The translations under genes and the position numbers were made by a program. 64,000 bases of DNA from Eremomyces bilateralis CBS 781.70 (lineage: Eukaryota), in assembly GCA_010015585.1 (NCBI GenBank), contig ML975152.1. The stretch is one strand, 5' to 3'. The notes beneath the pieces are model-generated. The model saw only the letters and a program-made list of their open reading frames with translations, ran no database searches and had not been told where the DNA came from. Each line of letters starts with the position of its first letter. The stretch's first letter is position 1. Of the stretch, positions 39,093 to 50,442 are shown piece after piece.

Positions 39093-40019
39093 CTTCGGAG
39101 TATGACAGTCGCCGTACACGAGAGTCGAGAGTTATCTAAAGAATGGCAGGATTTACAACGGTTACCAGGTGGATATGACCATCTCGACAGAAGATGAATA
39201 CGAATAGTTTGAGGATTCAGAGGGAAGTGACTAGTAGTGGCCTTGAAGTAGGTAATATATATTACATGTGATGGTCAGGAGTGGATGGCGGGACTTGTGA
39301 ATTGATAGCCCGGAAACGGAGTTCATCAGGCATCAGATCTCCCGTAAAATGACGCGTTGGCTACAAGGGGCATCGCCGGTGGGATTTGTGGACTGCGGCT
39401 GCTGCCGAGTGGTGAATCGAATTATGGAAATCAATTTGTTGTCCCGATCCCCGAGCGGCTGTTACTACGTACTACAACACCACCTCTCTTCTGGTTCTGT
39501 TAATACTACTACTATTCCGTACATACTGTCAGGTTCTTTATCAAGGTCCGGATCAGGGTATTGACTCTTTATGATCAGACAATAAGGTTGCTAGGAACAT
39601 CCCGAAATGAAAGTGTGCACGGCCACGTCTGATATCCATTTTCGGAACCCTTCTTCAGTTCTTCTCTCTTGAATCTCGATATATTATCGATCCTAGTCTG
39701 GATTGAATATCGCTGGTCCTAATCTTTCATCTTCCCCAGATCCCGAGTCAGGCACAGTGGGCCAGAATGTCATAATGTCATGAAACGATTGCAGATATTA
39801 CCCCGTCAAAGAAACCTATCTCATTCCAACGCCAGCCTTCTTTGTTCATTGTTTGCTACCTCTGCACTCGACGACCTTCTTAGTGATCTCGCACCACACC
39901 ATACAGTTCGAGGGCTAAGCGTCTGAAACGCAATATTCTTTCGAGATTCACTTCTCGAAAGTTCGCCCTAGAATCCGCGATGAGAGGCTTAAGCGCCGAT
40001 TCATCGATCAAAATTCACA

Positions 40020-42047
40020 ATGTTTGCTCCAAAAGGGCTCTTCAGAAATATCCCTTGCCCGCGGCTCGAGGAATGCCAGCTATTGAATTGCCTATTCTCT
40101 CATGATAACCAAACGGTCGATTCCAACGAGCAATCCATTTCCTTCGCGACCAGGTCGAAGGCAAAAGTCGATCAGGATGGATCCTCAGTTACAGCTGAAC
40201 CGGATAGGAAGAGGAGGAGGCTTTCATCGGACGAAGGGGTCTCCGTCCCTGTTGATGATCTATCGACGATGGAGAGGCTAGTCCTACAGGCTCGAACCGG
40301 CGAAAACATAACGACACCAGCGCCCGAGGCGCCCGAGAAGTCAGAGAAGTCAGAGAATAGCGATTCAACCTCCTCCCTACTCGGCTCGAAGACCTCTATA
40401 GCGGATGCTAAACCAAAGGATAAAAGAGCGGCGATCCCCAGGCGAATATCCCGAGGAATCTCTCCTCCGCCATTGAAACGCCCATCCGGTTCCACAGCCA
40501 CATCAGTTCCGCCCAAACCGGCAGCTAAACCAACCTCTAAGCCCGTCGTTTGGGAGCCGCTGAATCCTCGTCTGGTGCAGAAAGATCCTGTTGGTCACGG
40601 GAGGCGTTTTCTGCTCCTCAAAAGCCTCTATCAAGCAATGAAACGTTTGAATGACGAAGCTGCAAACGTCCCCGAAACAAAGCTGAAAAAGTTACTCCTC
40701 CATGAAGGGCAGTTGACCAAAATGGCTCTTGACGAGGAGGAGAAACTCGTTCATGAAGGTGGCTCTGTATACGAAAATCTGGTCAGGCAGCGGCTCTTCG
40801 CATACAAGAAGATGAAAGTTACGGAGTGGTTGGAAATTCTTGAGGCGCAAAGAAGGCCGAGAGAATCGGAAACGAAAACCGAGAAACCAATCGAGACAGG
40901 TCTTGAGCCACACCAGGAAGTCTCCATGGTATCCCGCTTCAAAGCTGATCAAGAGAGTCTCGAAAAACACGGGTATGTCGCCCGACCTCCGACGGCCGCA
41001 GAGGTCCAAGCCGCACGAGAAGGAGAAATGGACGCGAAAGGCTGGGAAGAGTGCGATCGATGCAAAACTCGCTTCCAAGTCTTCCCCGACCGGCGCGATG
41101 ACGGCGCCCTCACCAGCGGTGGAACATGCGTGTACCATTGGGGCAAGCGACGATTTCCCAAACGAGAAAAGACCGACGCGACTACCGGCACGAAGCCGAC
41201 ATTGTTCGAGTGCTGCAATGAGCCGATCGGTTCGGATGGTTGCACGACGCACCCGACACATGTCTTCAAGGTCTCTGAGGTGAAGCGATTGGCGGTCGTT
41301 CACCCGTTCGAACCCACTCCCGATAACCCCGAGATCCCGTCGTCGACAGCGCTGGCGTTCGATTGTGAGATGGGATATACCACTAAAGGGATGGAACTGA
41401 TCCGCCTCTCTGCCGCCTCCTGGCCCGAAGGCAAATCCGTCCTTGACGTCCTCGTCAAGCCGTTCGGCGCCATCCTCGACTTTAACACGCGCTTCTCCGG
41501 CGTGACCCTGGAGCAATTCAACTCGGCCAAGCCGCTCATCCTCAACAACTCCCAAGTTCCCCCCGGAACCGACATCGCCGGCACCAATAGCTACCTCCAC
41601 ATCGTCTCCAGCCCATCCACAGCCCGTTCCCTATTCCTCACCCTCATCTCCCCTACCACCCCCCTCATTGGCCACGCGCTCGAAAACGACCTCAATGCCC
41701 TCCGCCTCGTCCACCCCACGATCATCGACACCGTCCTCCTCTTCCCGCACCCGCACGGCCTTCCCATCCGCCACGGCCTCAAGAACCTCGCGCGGGAGTG
41801 GCTGCGCCGGAACATCCAGGCGGGCGGGGCGGATGGACACGATAGTCTGGAAGATGCGCGGGCGGCGGGCGACTTGGTGCGACTGAAGATTGCGAGGGAA
41901 TGGAGGAAGTTGAAGGCGGAGGGGTGGAGGGCGGAGGAGGGGAAATTCGTGGGGCCGGATGCCAAGAAAGGGGTGCCGTCGGGGGAGTTGCCGCCTTATG
42001 AGGAACCTTCGGGTGCGTCGAATAGGAAAAGGAAGAGCAGTTATTAG
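40020..42047 (+). CDS. rex3: RNA exonuclease 3 (DEDDh family)
   Basis: Exonuclease motifs AFDCEMGYT, DFNTRFSGV, LIGHALENDL and GHDSLEDARAA, preceded by a Cys/His region CDRC..CVYHWG..CCNEPIGSDGC. Confidence 0.9.
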   Translation: MFAPKGLFRNIPCPRLEECQLLNCLFSHDNQTVDSNEQSISFATRSKAKVDQDGSSVTAEPDRKRRRLSSDEGVSVPVDDLSTMERLVLQARTGENITTPAPEAPEKSEKSENSDSTSSLLGSKTSIADAKPKDKRAAIPRRISRGISPPPLKRPSGSTATSVPPKPAAKPTSKPVVWEPLNPRLVQKDPVGHGRRFLLLKSLYQAMKRLNDEAANVPETKLKKLLLHEGQLTKMALDEEEKLVHEGGSVYENLVRQRLFAYKKMKVTEWLEILEAQRRPRESETKTEKPIETGLEPHQEVSMVSRFKADQESLEKHGYVARPPTAAEVQAAREGEMDAKGWEECDRCKTRFQVFPDRRDDGALTSGGTCVYHWGKRRFPKREKTDATTGTKPTLFECCNEPIGSDGCTTHPTHVFKVSEVKRLAVVHPFEPTPDNPEIPSSTALAFDCEMGYTTKGMELIRLSAASWPEGKSVLDVLVKPFGAILDFNTRFSGVTLEQFNSAKPLILNNSQVPPGTDIAGTNSYLHIVSSPSTARSLFLTLISPTTPLIGHALENDLNALRLVHPTIIDTVLLFPHPHGLPIRHGLKNLAREWLRRNIQAGGADGHDSLEDARAAGDLVRLKIAREWRKLKAEGWRAEEGKFVGPDAKKGVPSGELPPYEEPSGASNRKRKSSY

Positions 42048-42316
42048 GCACTACGTATGAGCTATCGAACATTTCTCGGAAAGGCGAATCCTGCAACGTA
42101 CTAATTGATCATAACTTGTTAACTTCGCCGTCGCTGTCTTGCTGATGATCCCAGATATCCGTAAACCCAATTTTTTGGCCATTGCCATTATATTCGCCCT
42201 GAACCATTTAAACTCTCACTCCATATTCGCGTCGCTATTTGATACACAGCACTAAGTCTTGATCCCTTCCGAAAAGACATTGACGATGCCAGCAAAGGGC
42301 TCAATTAGCATACCCC

Positions 42317-43655
42317 TCATGTCGTCTTCTTCTTGCGTCCACGCTTGTTCTGCTTTGGCGCCTCAACATCAGCAGCGGCAAGGTCAGCGTCCGCCTCCGC
42401 CTCCGCGGGAGGGTCTGACTTCTTGGGTCGTCCTCGCTTCCTCTTGGGCGCTTCGATCTCGTCAGCGGTAGGTTCCGCAGCGGCAGTAGCAGAGACCTTT
42501 CGTCGTGATCGTTTCGCGGGCGCGGCTTTAGGTTCTTCTGCGCTGGCGGAAACCGCAGCCTTTCGGCCACGCTTTTTGGGTGCCTCGGTTTCAACAGCCG
42601 GCTTCTTTTCGACGGTCTCTTCCTTCTTGACGCGCTTGCGAGAGGGCTTTGGCTGAGCCTCCACGTCAGCGTCGGTGGTGTCCTCTTCCTTCTTGATACG
42701 CTTGCGAGAGGCCTTGGGCTGAGCTTGCACGTCAGCGTCGGCGGTGTCCTCTTCCTTCTTGATACGCTTGCGCGAGGCCTTCGGCTGAGCTTCCACCTCA
42801 GCATCGGCATCTGCCTCTTCCTTCTTGACGCGCTTGCGGGATTTCTTGGGCTTCTCTTCAGCAGGGGCATCTTCGTCCTCAACAGACTTGGCAGCCCGCT
42901 TTCTGCCTTTGTTGGCCACGGGCTTGTCATCGTTGCCAGCCTCTGCTGCAGCTTTTGTTTGAGCCCGCTTGGGTTTTTTCTTCGTGGGACTCTCGCTATC
43001 GCTGTCATCTTTCTCGTTTTCGTCTTCTTCCACCTTGGAGGTAGGGCGGCGTCGGACTCGGAATCCCGACTTGCCGGGGCGATTACACTCGAGGTCCTGC
43101 GGAGAGGGATCAACAAGGTATCCATCTTTCTATAGATGGTAAAACCTACTCCTCGCCAATCTTCATCATCAACGTGCCCTTGCTCGAGAGCCTTTCGAGC
43201 CTTGGCTTGAAGTTCGGCCGGGAGCTCGTCGTAGCCATCCAGTAGATCGAAATCATCGTCAATATCGCTTTTCAAATTCGCAATCTGCTTGGGTGTAACG
43301 CAGCCCCTTGAAAGGTAAGCATTTGTGCGGACAAAGTAGCGAGGGAACTCACCAATGACGCCAGCTCCAGCCTCCACGTTCAAGGGCGGCATATTCGACC
43401 CAGGAGCCGAACCTCAGCTCGCCTTTCACGAGCTTGACCTTTGCAGCCTTGCATTCGGTGTTTTTGCAGACTGCCCGACCAGTCGTGGACTCCTCTGTTG
43501 AATATACGAATTAGCCACAGCATCAAGCTGAAAAGGAAAGCGGGACAAAGATAATGAGCGACATCTTGATTGAAATAAGTTAAAAGATACATCGTCGCAT
43601 TATTCTAGTTAAAACTGATAGAAGTGGAAAATATCTTACCAAGTCGGTACGGCAT
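42317..43655 (-). CDS. Stand-alone PARP-type zinc-finger protein (Hpz1-like) with a K/E-rich tail and an AT-hook; 4 exons
   Basis: The spliced N-terminus MPYRL|EESTTGRAVCKNTEC...KGELRFG...WRHW|GCVT gives the CX4C...HX2C zf-PARP pattern. The tail carries KRKRGRPKK. Confidence 0.85.
42617..42847 (-). repeat. Coding tandem repeat, about 3.5 x 66 bp (22 aa, KASRKRIKKEEDTADADVEAQP)
   Basis: Visible in both the DNA and the translation of the zf-PARP gene tail. Confidence 0.9.
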
Positions 43656-43901
43656 TGTGAGCTTGTTGGGTGAGCGTCAGACCACTCCGGAGCTTTGATA
43701 TCTTATGTACGATATACGGGATTGAAGGAGGGATAGAGTTAATTGAATCAATGGGAGATTAAGAGATAGCGCAATGAGAGCGCTGCTGGATGATATATTT
43801 AGTGGGATTCGATTTGAAGTTTGAAGTGAGTAGAATGTATATGCAGGATAGAGGTGATGATCGCAAATTCGCCAATTGGCAGTGGTGTCTGAATCAGTGA
43901 C

Positions 43902-43994
43902 GACACGCGTGTCCTAGACCCATAATTAAGACACGTCTCACGTGTCGAACCCTGCACGTGTGGCTCGTTATGTGGCGCGTGTGCACGTGACTCA
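43902..43994. promoter_or_regulatory. Motif cluster in a divergent promoter: MCB-containing palindrome GACACGCGTGTC, three CACGTG E-boxes and TGACTCA
   Basis: Palindrome at 43902-43913. CACGTG at 43939, 43955 and 43984. TGACTCA at 43988-43994. Confidence 0.55.
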
Positions 43995-44376
43995 GCCCTG
44001 TCACTGGGTCTGATTAGTCATCATTTCATTTCCAGAACTGCAAAACATCTTGTCGAAATAAAGTCGAACCTAAAATTTCCAGCGCCGCTGTTGGATTATA
44101 TACACTATCAACCCCAACGCCGACCTCCTTCTTTCCCTTTCTCTTGAATAGAGCGAAGAAATCAGATGTTATCAGAGGTCCTTCTGCAGCGGGAGTGCCT
44201 ATTTGCCGGGCTACGGGTGAAGGTTGCTCAAACCTCCGACCCAGTATGCTACTCATCACGATTTTGATATATCCCGGATAGATATTGCGAAACCCTTCCT
44301 CCAATCCGCTGTCACATACGACGTCCCTCGATTCCCACTCATGCGACTCCCCTAGTCGGCCGGCTTCGAATCTCTT

Positions 44377-47300
44377 ATGCGCAGCACTCCACCCATTCTC
44401 CTCTCTGCTGGCAGGAGATCCAAGCGCACGCCTTTTTGGTCGGTTCCATCACGCGCCATCCACGGATCGAAAACGTCCAACTCAGAATCGGGGCAATTGG
44501 AGCGATACCTGCCATTGCCAATATGGAAAACCCGGCCGTCCAAGCCCGTCCATGAGGGCACCCGACCCCGTTACGTGAAGCCGACATCAAAGAAGGGGTA
44601 CAGCGAATGGATCAGGCTTTTGAGGCCGTGGACCCATGGGAAATCCGCATTCTCGAGTCCAGATGATACCGTTGGAGGCGCCTTCGCGCAGAAACGCCGG
44701 ACACAGAGTTTGAGGAGTCTGAGGAACCACTTCTTAACGGCCTGGGCGCAAGATCGAGTCAACATTTTAATCAAACTCGGCCGCGATGAGGGTCAATGGG
44801 AAGTTGTTCATAACCTCATCGAATTACTGGTAACCAGAGACGACGATCAATCTCGGGAGTCTTTGGCTCAAACTAATATTGTCTGGGGACAAGCTGTGAA
44901 TCTCGATACCTTAACCGAGACACCGATCAATCACGTAACCGACTGGGTGCCAACCAAGGGTGCCAAGCTACCGTTAGACAACGCCTACTCCCAGCCGCGC
45001 AGACTCGCACGGGAGCATAGCAATAACCATCGGCATGCCACTATCGGACTAATATGGAGGACCTTAGCCGCAATGGTGCTCCATGTTTCGGCTCATGGAG
45101 GTTCCGAGGAGATAATGCCTCATGTCCTACGAATCATTGCAACGTTGCACCATAATGACGATATCCCGGCCGCTGTCTACACTTATCCCCTTGTCCCTGA
45201 AGACACCCTGCCTCTGAAATCGCCGCTCCTTTCAACTCTTTCGACGCGAATACTAGCAGCGTTATCGGATGCTGCGCTTCTGGCCCGGCAAGAGCGCCTG
45301 GATCACACCCGTGGGCAGCCAAAACCTTTCTCACTTACTAGCTCTTGGACCAGATTTCGAAGTGCTGAGATTAGTCACGAGGTCTGGATTGAATTTATTC
45401 TTTCGGCCTGCCTGCATGGAGGTTGGCCCGGCCAAGGCAGCGGGATCATCGCACAGATGTCGGGGCGTCAATGGAAGACCATCGATTGGCGCAAACACAC
45501 GGACGCTTCTCAAGCAGAACATGGCATCCAAAAGTCATCGATCCTACTGGAGGCCGGTCGGGGCCAATCCAGTCTTCCTGATGGATTGCGGCATACAGTA
45601 TCATGGGAAGTTGTCGCAGGGATTGCTTCCGCTTTGGTCAACTCCTTACACGCAGGGGTCGGCAATCGAGGGGTCCCGGCGGACATTACACTTCAAAACA
45701 TCCGAAAGTGTAAAGAAATGCTCCAAAGGAATAACATGTGTCTTGGGACTATGTCCTGGGATATCATGCTCACTCGGCTGCTCAGTTCCGAGGGAGTTGA
45801 CATTGTCAACGCGCCGAACTTTGCCCTTACCGCAACGACCATGCTATCCTCCCGGTTTGGAGTGGAAATCCAAGCGCAGAATGCACCGTCCATCTCTCAG
45901 GGAGCGGTCGATAACGATACTGTTCCGTTTGAACCCAGCTCAGCGAGTCTCGGAATCATGCACTGTATACTTCGATCGCACATTGCCTTCGGAAATCCAG
46001 ATGGTGCAATGGAAGCCTTTTCGCAGCTACTGAAGCTCACCGACGAGAACAAGTTGTTGTCGGTGCAAAGCTTTTTCCGACGGTTTAAGGAACAGGACAA
46101 ACTTCAAACAACAACACCACCGACATTCAGTTTTGAGAGCCGAAGTCCTCGCATAGAGTACCCGAACTACGACCCAAATCTTAGTCTTGATATCCTTGGA
46201 AGATTTCTGGACCTCACCGTTTCATCCGGAAATCTCGCGTTTGGGAAATGGTTGCTTTACTCCGAAGACGTTGACGGGCCCATGATCAAAGAGACCGATT
46301 ACTCTAATATGCATCTTGCACCGGCCATGGTTCGCTACGCCATCAGCGCCAACGACGAGGCCCTGTTGCAGAAAGTATTGACCGTGGGGAGTGACGAGCA
46401 GGCGGACTTGCGGCTCCTGACGCTCGCTGATCTATATGCTCTACGACATGACTGGCGACGCCTGACCGTTATCCTGGGGGACCTATCCGATCAAGCACGA
46501 GCCGCTCTTCCCGTTACTCTCTTGGCCACGGTTGCTCGCGCCCTGCTCATGGTATCCGCCAGCGCTGGAAGCGCAGATCCTTCACAGCTGAATGCAGCTA
46601 AAAGCGTCTATAAGACGCTCCTCGACACCTACGCTGAATCGCCCAAGGGAAGGGCGGCAGCAACGGTAATTAATCTCCTTCTAGCATCCGTGGATCCAGT
46701 GTATTTCCAGGACGGATGGCAGAGGCCTTTTCGCTATGACGGTGGTATCGGTTCCCCCTCCATTGATCACTTCAATTTGGTCTTGGAAGGTGCCTGTGCA
46801 TGCGGAGGTTCAGAAGCGGGTATGAATTTGCTGAGAAGTTGGTGTATCCGTTATCCATCCAGCACCGCGTACGAAGAACCGTCATCATCATCGTTGTTCC
46901 CAAAGACCCCTTCCAAATTCCTTTCTCGACCGCCGAGTACATTTGAGTCTATCCCGAACCTGAACAGGCACGCCGGTGTCCCTGTCATGCGACGCGAAAG
47001 CGACTTCATTGCGAAAAACGTCCAAGATGTGGTCCTTGATCTCCCTGGGAAGGGATCATCGCGTTTAGGAGGGGTCCGACGACTCACTCCCAACGCCAGC
47101 ACCATCCGGGCCCTCTTTCGCTCCGCGCTGGAGGATGCGCTATCACTCCCATGGATTCTTCGTCTAACCCCTCCCATTCAGATCCAGGAGTTGAAGACCT
47201 TGGTTGACATGGACTGTGGTGTTGGAGAAGCTGGCGACGGACATTCGCTACCGTCGTCGGAAACGTCCGAGACGGAGTTGCACATCCGCTCCGTTTTGAA

Positions 47301-47466
47301 GGTGTGCTGCGAGGAGTTCTCCGCGATGAACCGCAGCAGTACGGGCATCAGTGTACGATCGGAGTTGGACGCGGCGTTGACATCACTCTTTCCTCAAGAT
47401 TGGCATGGTCAGGGGCCAGGCGTCATGGAAAATGGACCGCATGGATCAGGACGGAAGGTGGATTGA
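44377..47466 (+). CDS. Large helical protein, probably mitochondrial and possibly PPR-like (1029 aa), single exon
   Basis: Long ORF with an R/S-rich, acid-poor N-terminus and PPR-like segments (GNPDGAMEAFSQL, PSIDHFNLVLEGAC, PNASTIRALFRSA). The family call is an inference. Confidence 0.75.
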   Translation: MRSTPPILLSAGRRSKRTPFWSVPSRAIHGSKTSNSESGQLERYLPLPIWKTRPSKPVHEGTRPRYVKPTSKKGYSEWIRLLRPWTHGKSAFSSPDDTVGGAFAQKRRTQSLRSLRNHFLTAWAQDRVNILIKLGRDEGQWEVVHNLIELLVTRDDDQSRESLAQTNIVWGQAVNLDTLTETPINHVTDWVPTKGAKLPLDNAYSQPRRLAREHSNNHRHATIGLIWRTLAAMVLHVSAHGGSEEIMPHVLRIIATLHHNDDIPAAVYTYPLVPEDTLPLKSPLLSTLSTRILAALSDAALLARQERLDHTRGQPKPFSLTSSWTRFRSAEISHEVWIEFILSACLHGGWPGQGSGIIAQMSGRQWKTIDWRKHTDASQAEHGIQKSSILLEAGRGQSSLPDGLRHTVSWEVVAGIASALVNSLHAGVGNRGVPADITLQNIRKCKEMLQRNNMCLGTMSWDIMLTRLLSSEGVDIVNAPNFALTATTMLSSRFGVEIQAQNAPSISQGAVDNDTVPFEPSSASLGIMHCILRSHIAFGNPDGAMEAFSQLLKLTDENKLLSVQSFFRRFKEQDKLQTTTPPTFSFESRSPRIEYPNYDPNLSLDILGRFLDLTVSSGNLAFGKWLLYSEDVDGPMIKETDYSNMHLAPAMVRYAISANDEALLQKVLTVGSDEQADLRLLTLADLYALRHDWRRLTVILGDLSDQARAALPVTLLATVARALLMVSASAGSADPSQLNAAKSVYKTLLDTYAESPKGRAAATVINLLLASVDPVYFQDGWQRPFRYDGGIGSPSIDHFNLVLEGACACGGSEAGMNLLRSWCIRYPSSTAYEEPSSSSLFPKTPSKFLSRPPSTFESIPNLNRHAGVPVMRRESDFIAKNVQDVVLDLPGKGSSRLGGVRRLTPNASTIRALFRSALEDALSLPWILRLTPPIQIQELKTLVDMDCGVGEAGDGHSLPSSETSETELHIRSVLKVCCEEFSAMNRSSTGISVRSELDAALTSLFPQDWHGQGPGVMENGPHGSGRKVD

Positions 47467-50442
47467 ATTGGAACATTACGGCAATATACCCCATCTCACC
47501 AAGTGCCAATGATGGCAATGTGAATAGCACTCTTGTACGATATATGTAGCATACCTCTTGAATAGATCTATCAACCATCTTCCGCTTCCAGCCACGGTGA
47601 AATCTCCGCGGGGTTGTCTCGGGAGCGAGCGGATCACGTGCAACTTGCAAATCCGAATTCAACAACATCTGCCCCACCGGCAAATCTCGACCTTCGGAGT
47701 TCGGACCCTGCCAAAGAACTAACCTAAGCGCTCGGTTCCGATTGCTTTTCCCCTGCCTCACGCTTATTGGATGATCCGCTCGAAAAAAAGAGCCTCCTCC
47801 GCTTGGAGAATTGGGGCTCTGCTGGGTGGTTGTCCCTCCGTTCCACTTCGACGTTGAGAGCCGGACGATCCCATCCGCGGCGCCGTGTCTCTCGTGTCTG
47901 GGTCCGTGAGAAACTGAGGATTCCGTTCCGCTGCACGTTGAATTGTCCCTCCGCCCCCTTTGTGGAGAAACCGCACGTGTGGCAAATTGAGACATCAGGA
48001 CCATCTTCCGTATTCGGAGCACGATCGAGAGGGGCGGTTCAAGTTAAAGGTGGGTGGGTGGCTTGCATCGACGCCAGTGATGCAGTCGACCCCTCGACGG
48101 GAGGACGCAACAACCCCCGAAAGGAACGGAGGATGTGGATTCATTGTCGATAGTTGATGTCAGATTGTGAGTAGAGTAGTAGACTCAAAGTAGAGAGCAT
48201 TTTATTCCATTGCCATTGGCGCAAAATGGATCTCCATACGACACCCGACAGGGAACCGGCCTCTAATTCCCAGCACACCGCCCTTTCGACGTCCCGTCGT
48301 ATCTGGCGGGATGTTGGACGTTTGACGCAGATTGGACCGCCATCGGATGCCCTCCCATGCCGTGACACGCCGCTACCACGCTACCTGCAGTTTCAGGGAA
48401 AGTCATGAGGGTTCGAGATTCGACTCCAGAAGAGTAGGAGACTCGTGCTTAGCTGTTGTATACGTACGATGGTCAGACATCGGAGGAATCATGTATTCGA
48501 TGGTAGATAGAAGACCACCAGACCATAGCGATTCTTTTGATGAAGAGTGCCCGGCGAGGGGCAAAGAACGATGTTCAACATCCACAATTCCCATCACGAC
48601 TTCGGAGATCCGATCATCAGTGATTAAACGAACGCCGCCTGACATCCTGGCGCCTGTGCTAGTTTCTCAGCCGCCGCAGCCATTGGCAAACCTCGAAAAC
48701 TGGGGGTTTAATCAATCGGATGCGTCTCATTCGTCCGCCCATGATTGATTTGCAGACTGCATGAAGCTGTTGTACACACTACACGATACAGATGAAAGAT
48801 ACTGGTAGTTTCACGGTCGACAACGGGGGGGCGGTCGTCTGCTGTTATGGGGCAAATTCTAGACTCGGTCTCGACAGGCAGCAACGATTTGTCCAGGCAG
48901 TCACGCCCATGGTTGATGCTGCGCATCGTCAAGGACACGAAGCATGATATAATTGGAAAGCGTGAGAAACTCTGAGAAGGGGGATTAGTGGGACTATGGT
49001 GATTTCAATTCTCTTCATGTTTCGGAAGGAGAGAGACAAAGGATGCGAAACGTGAGGTTTGCCACATCATGACTCCCATTTATACCGGCATCAGGCGGCG
49101 ACTCTTAAAGAAAGCCATCTTCTATCACCAATTCACCATGGTGACTCGACGACATCATGAAGTAACCATTAACATGGAAGGATTCGGACCGATCGAGACA
49201 GTGACGATATTCTCCTCATGTTTGGTACGAGGGGACTCACCACGAGCGGGGCGTGCCAGCTGCCAGCAGGTGGTGACCAAATCGCACGTCCATCGTTTCC
49301 TCCAGGGGACGCAGAACGCAGGGGGTCAACCCACCTACAGCGAAGGAAATATGGACCAGCAACGGCAGGTTGCCGCCCACACGCTGAAGGGAACGGAAGC
49401 CCATCCCTGGGCCATTTCAGTTTTCACAGTGGTGAGTTCAAGAGGTGCAATTCAGTGACTGGGGAAGGGCAGTGAGAGGCCATTCGAGCATCAACCATAT
49501 CCCCGCGGTGTCCCTCAGTCTGTCTCCCGTTTACATTTGTTTGTTCATGGTGCCAATAGTCAGTTAATTATTGCCGGTCCAATTGATTATTCCCTAATTC
49601 CATCCCAAATATCAGCCGGTCAGTCCACTGAAGGTCAGATCCTGATGGTTAGGTACGGAAGCACAGTGGTTAGTGGTAGTGATGAAGCTAAAACCGTTTG
49701 ACCGCTAAACGGCGCTAGTGAAGACCCCCAGTTGCTCCGTTGCGGAAAATTCCCCCCCTCCACCTCGACTTTTCCACTCGTCTTCTCTTCTCTTCTCTTC
49801 TTCCTTTCATTAATTCCCCCAAAGGACAACACAGTCACCTCCAGTCAACATTTAGAAGTCTCCAATCAAGGTCAAATCCATAAACCATATCTTCGTCGAG
49901 ACACCATGGCCCAGTCCATCTCTGAGCTGTAAACTCTCCGCTGGGGGACGCTCATCCGGGCGTCTCCCAGTTCGGCCAGCCTCAGGAATACCACAGACAA
50001 GACGCTCAACGAAGATATATATCGAACGAATTCTCGATTGGTCGGTTCTCATAGAGCTATCAGGGTCGACGTTCGTATCAATTCATACCACTCGACTTGG
50101 AAAAGCCTGTTCTCCTTCCGCGAACGCCCCGGCGACCCTCGACACGTTTTGACTCCTCACCCCGTTCCCTCCGACGACAAGTTGAGTTGCTTGCACTTCT
50201 TCTTCTAGCGTTTACTGCAAATACTTTCCTTCCAGGGTATTACACTCGCATCCGCACCGCTTGTCGTCACCACCCATACCACCTTCGAAATCCACCGACC
50301 GACCGAACGATCCCCTCAACTCCAGACAACTCCCTCCTTCACCGTTCCGTTGACGCTCCCCCACTTCACCTTTCGGGAGCATTTCGACCTCAACCACATT
50401 TCTCTTTGCATCTAGTCATCTAGTACTCAAACACCAGTCAAG

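Noticed and set aside
47423..49475. Several 100-200-aa ORFs between the 1029-aa gene and the acidic protein gene
   Set aside because: No motifs, no evident codon bias, often non-ATG starts, and mutually overlapping frames.
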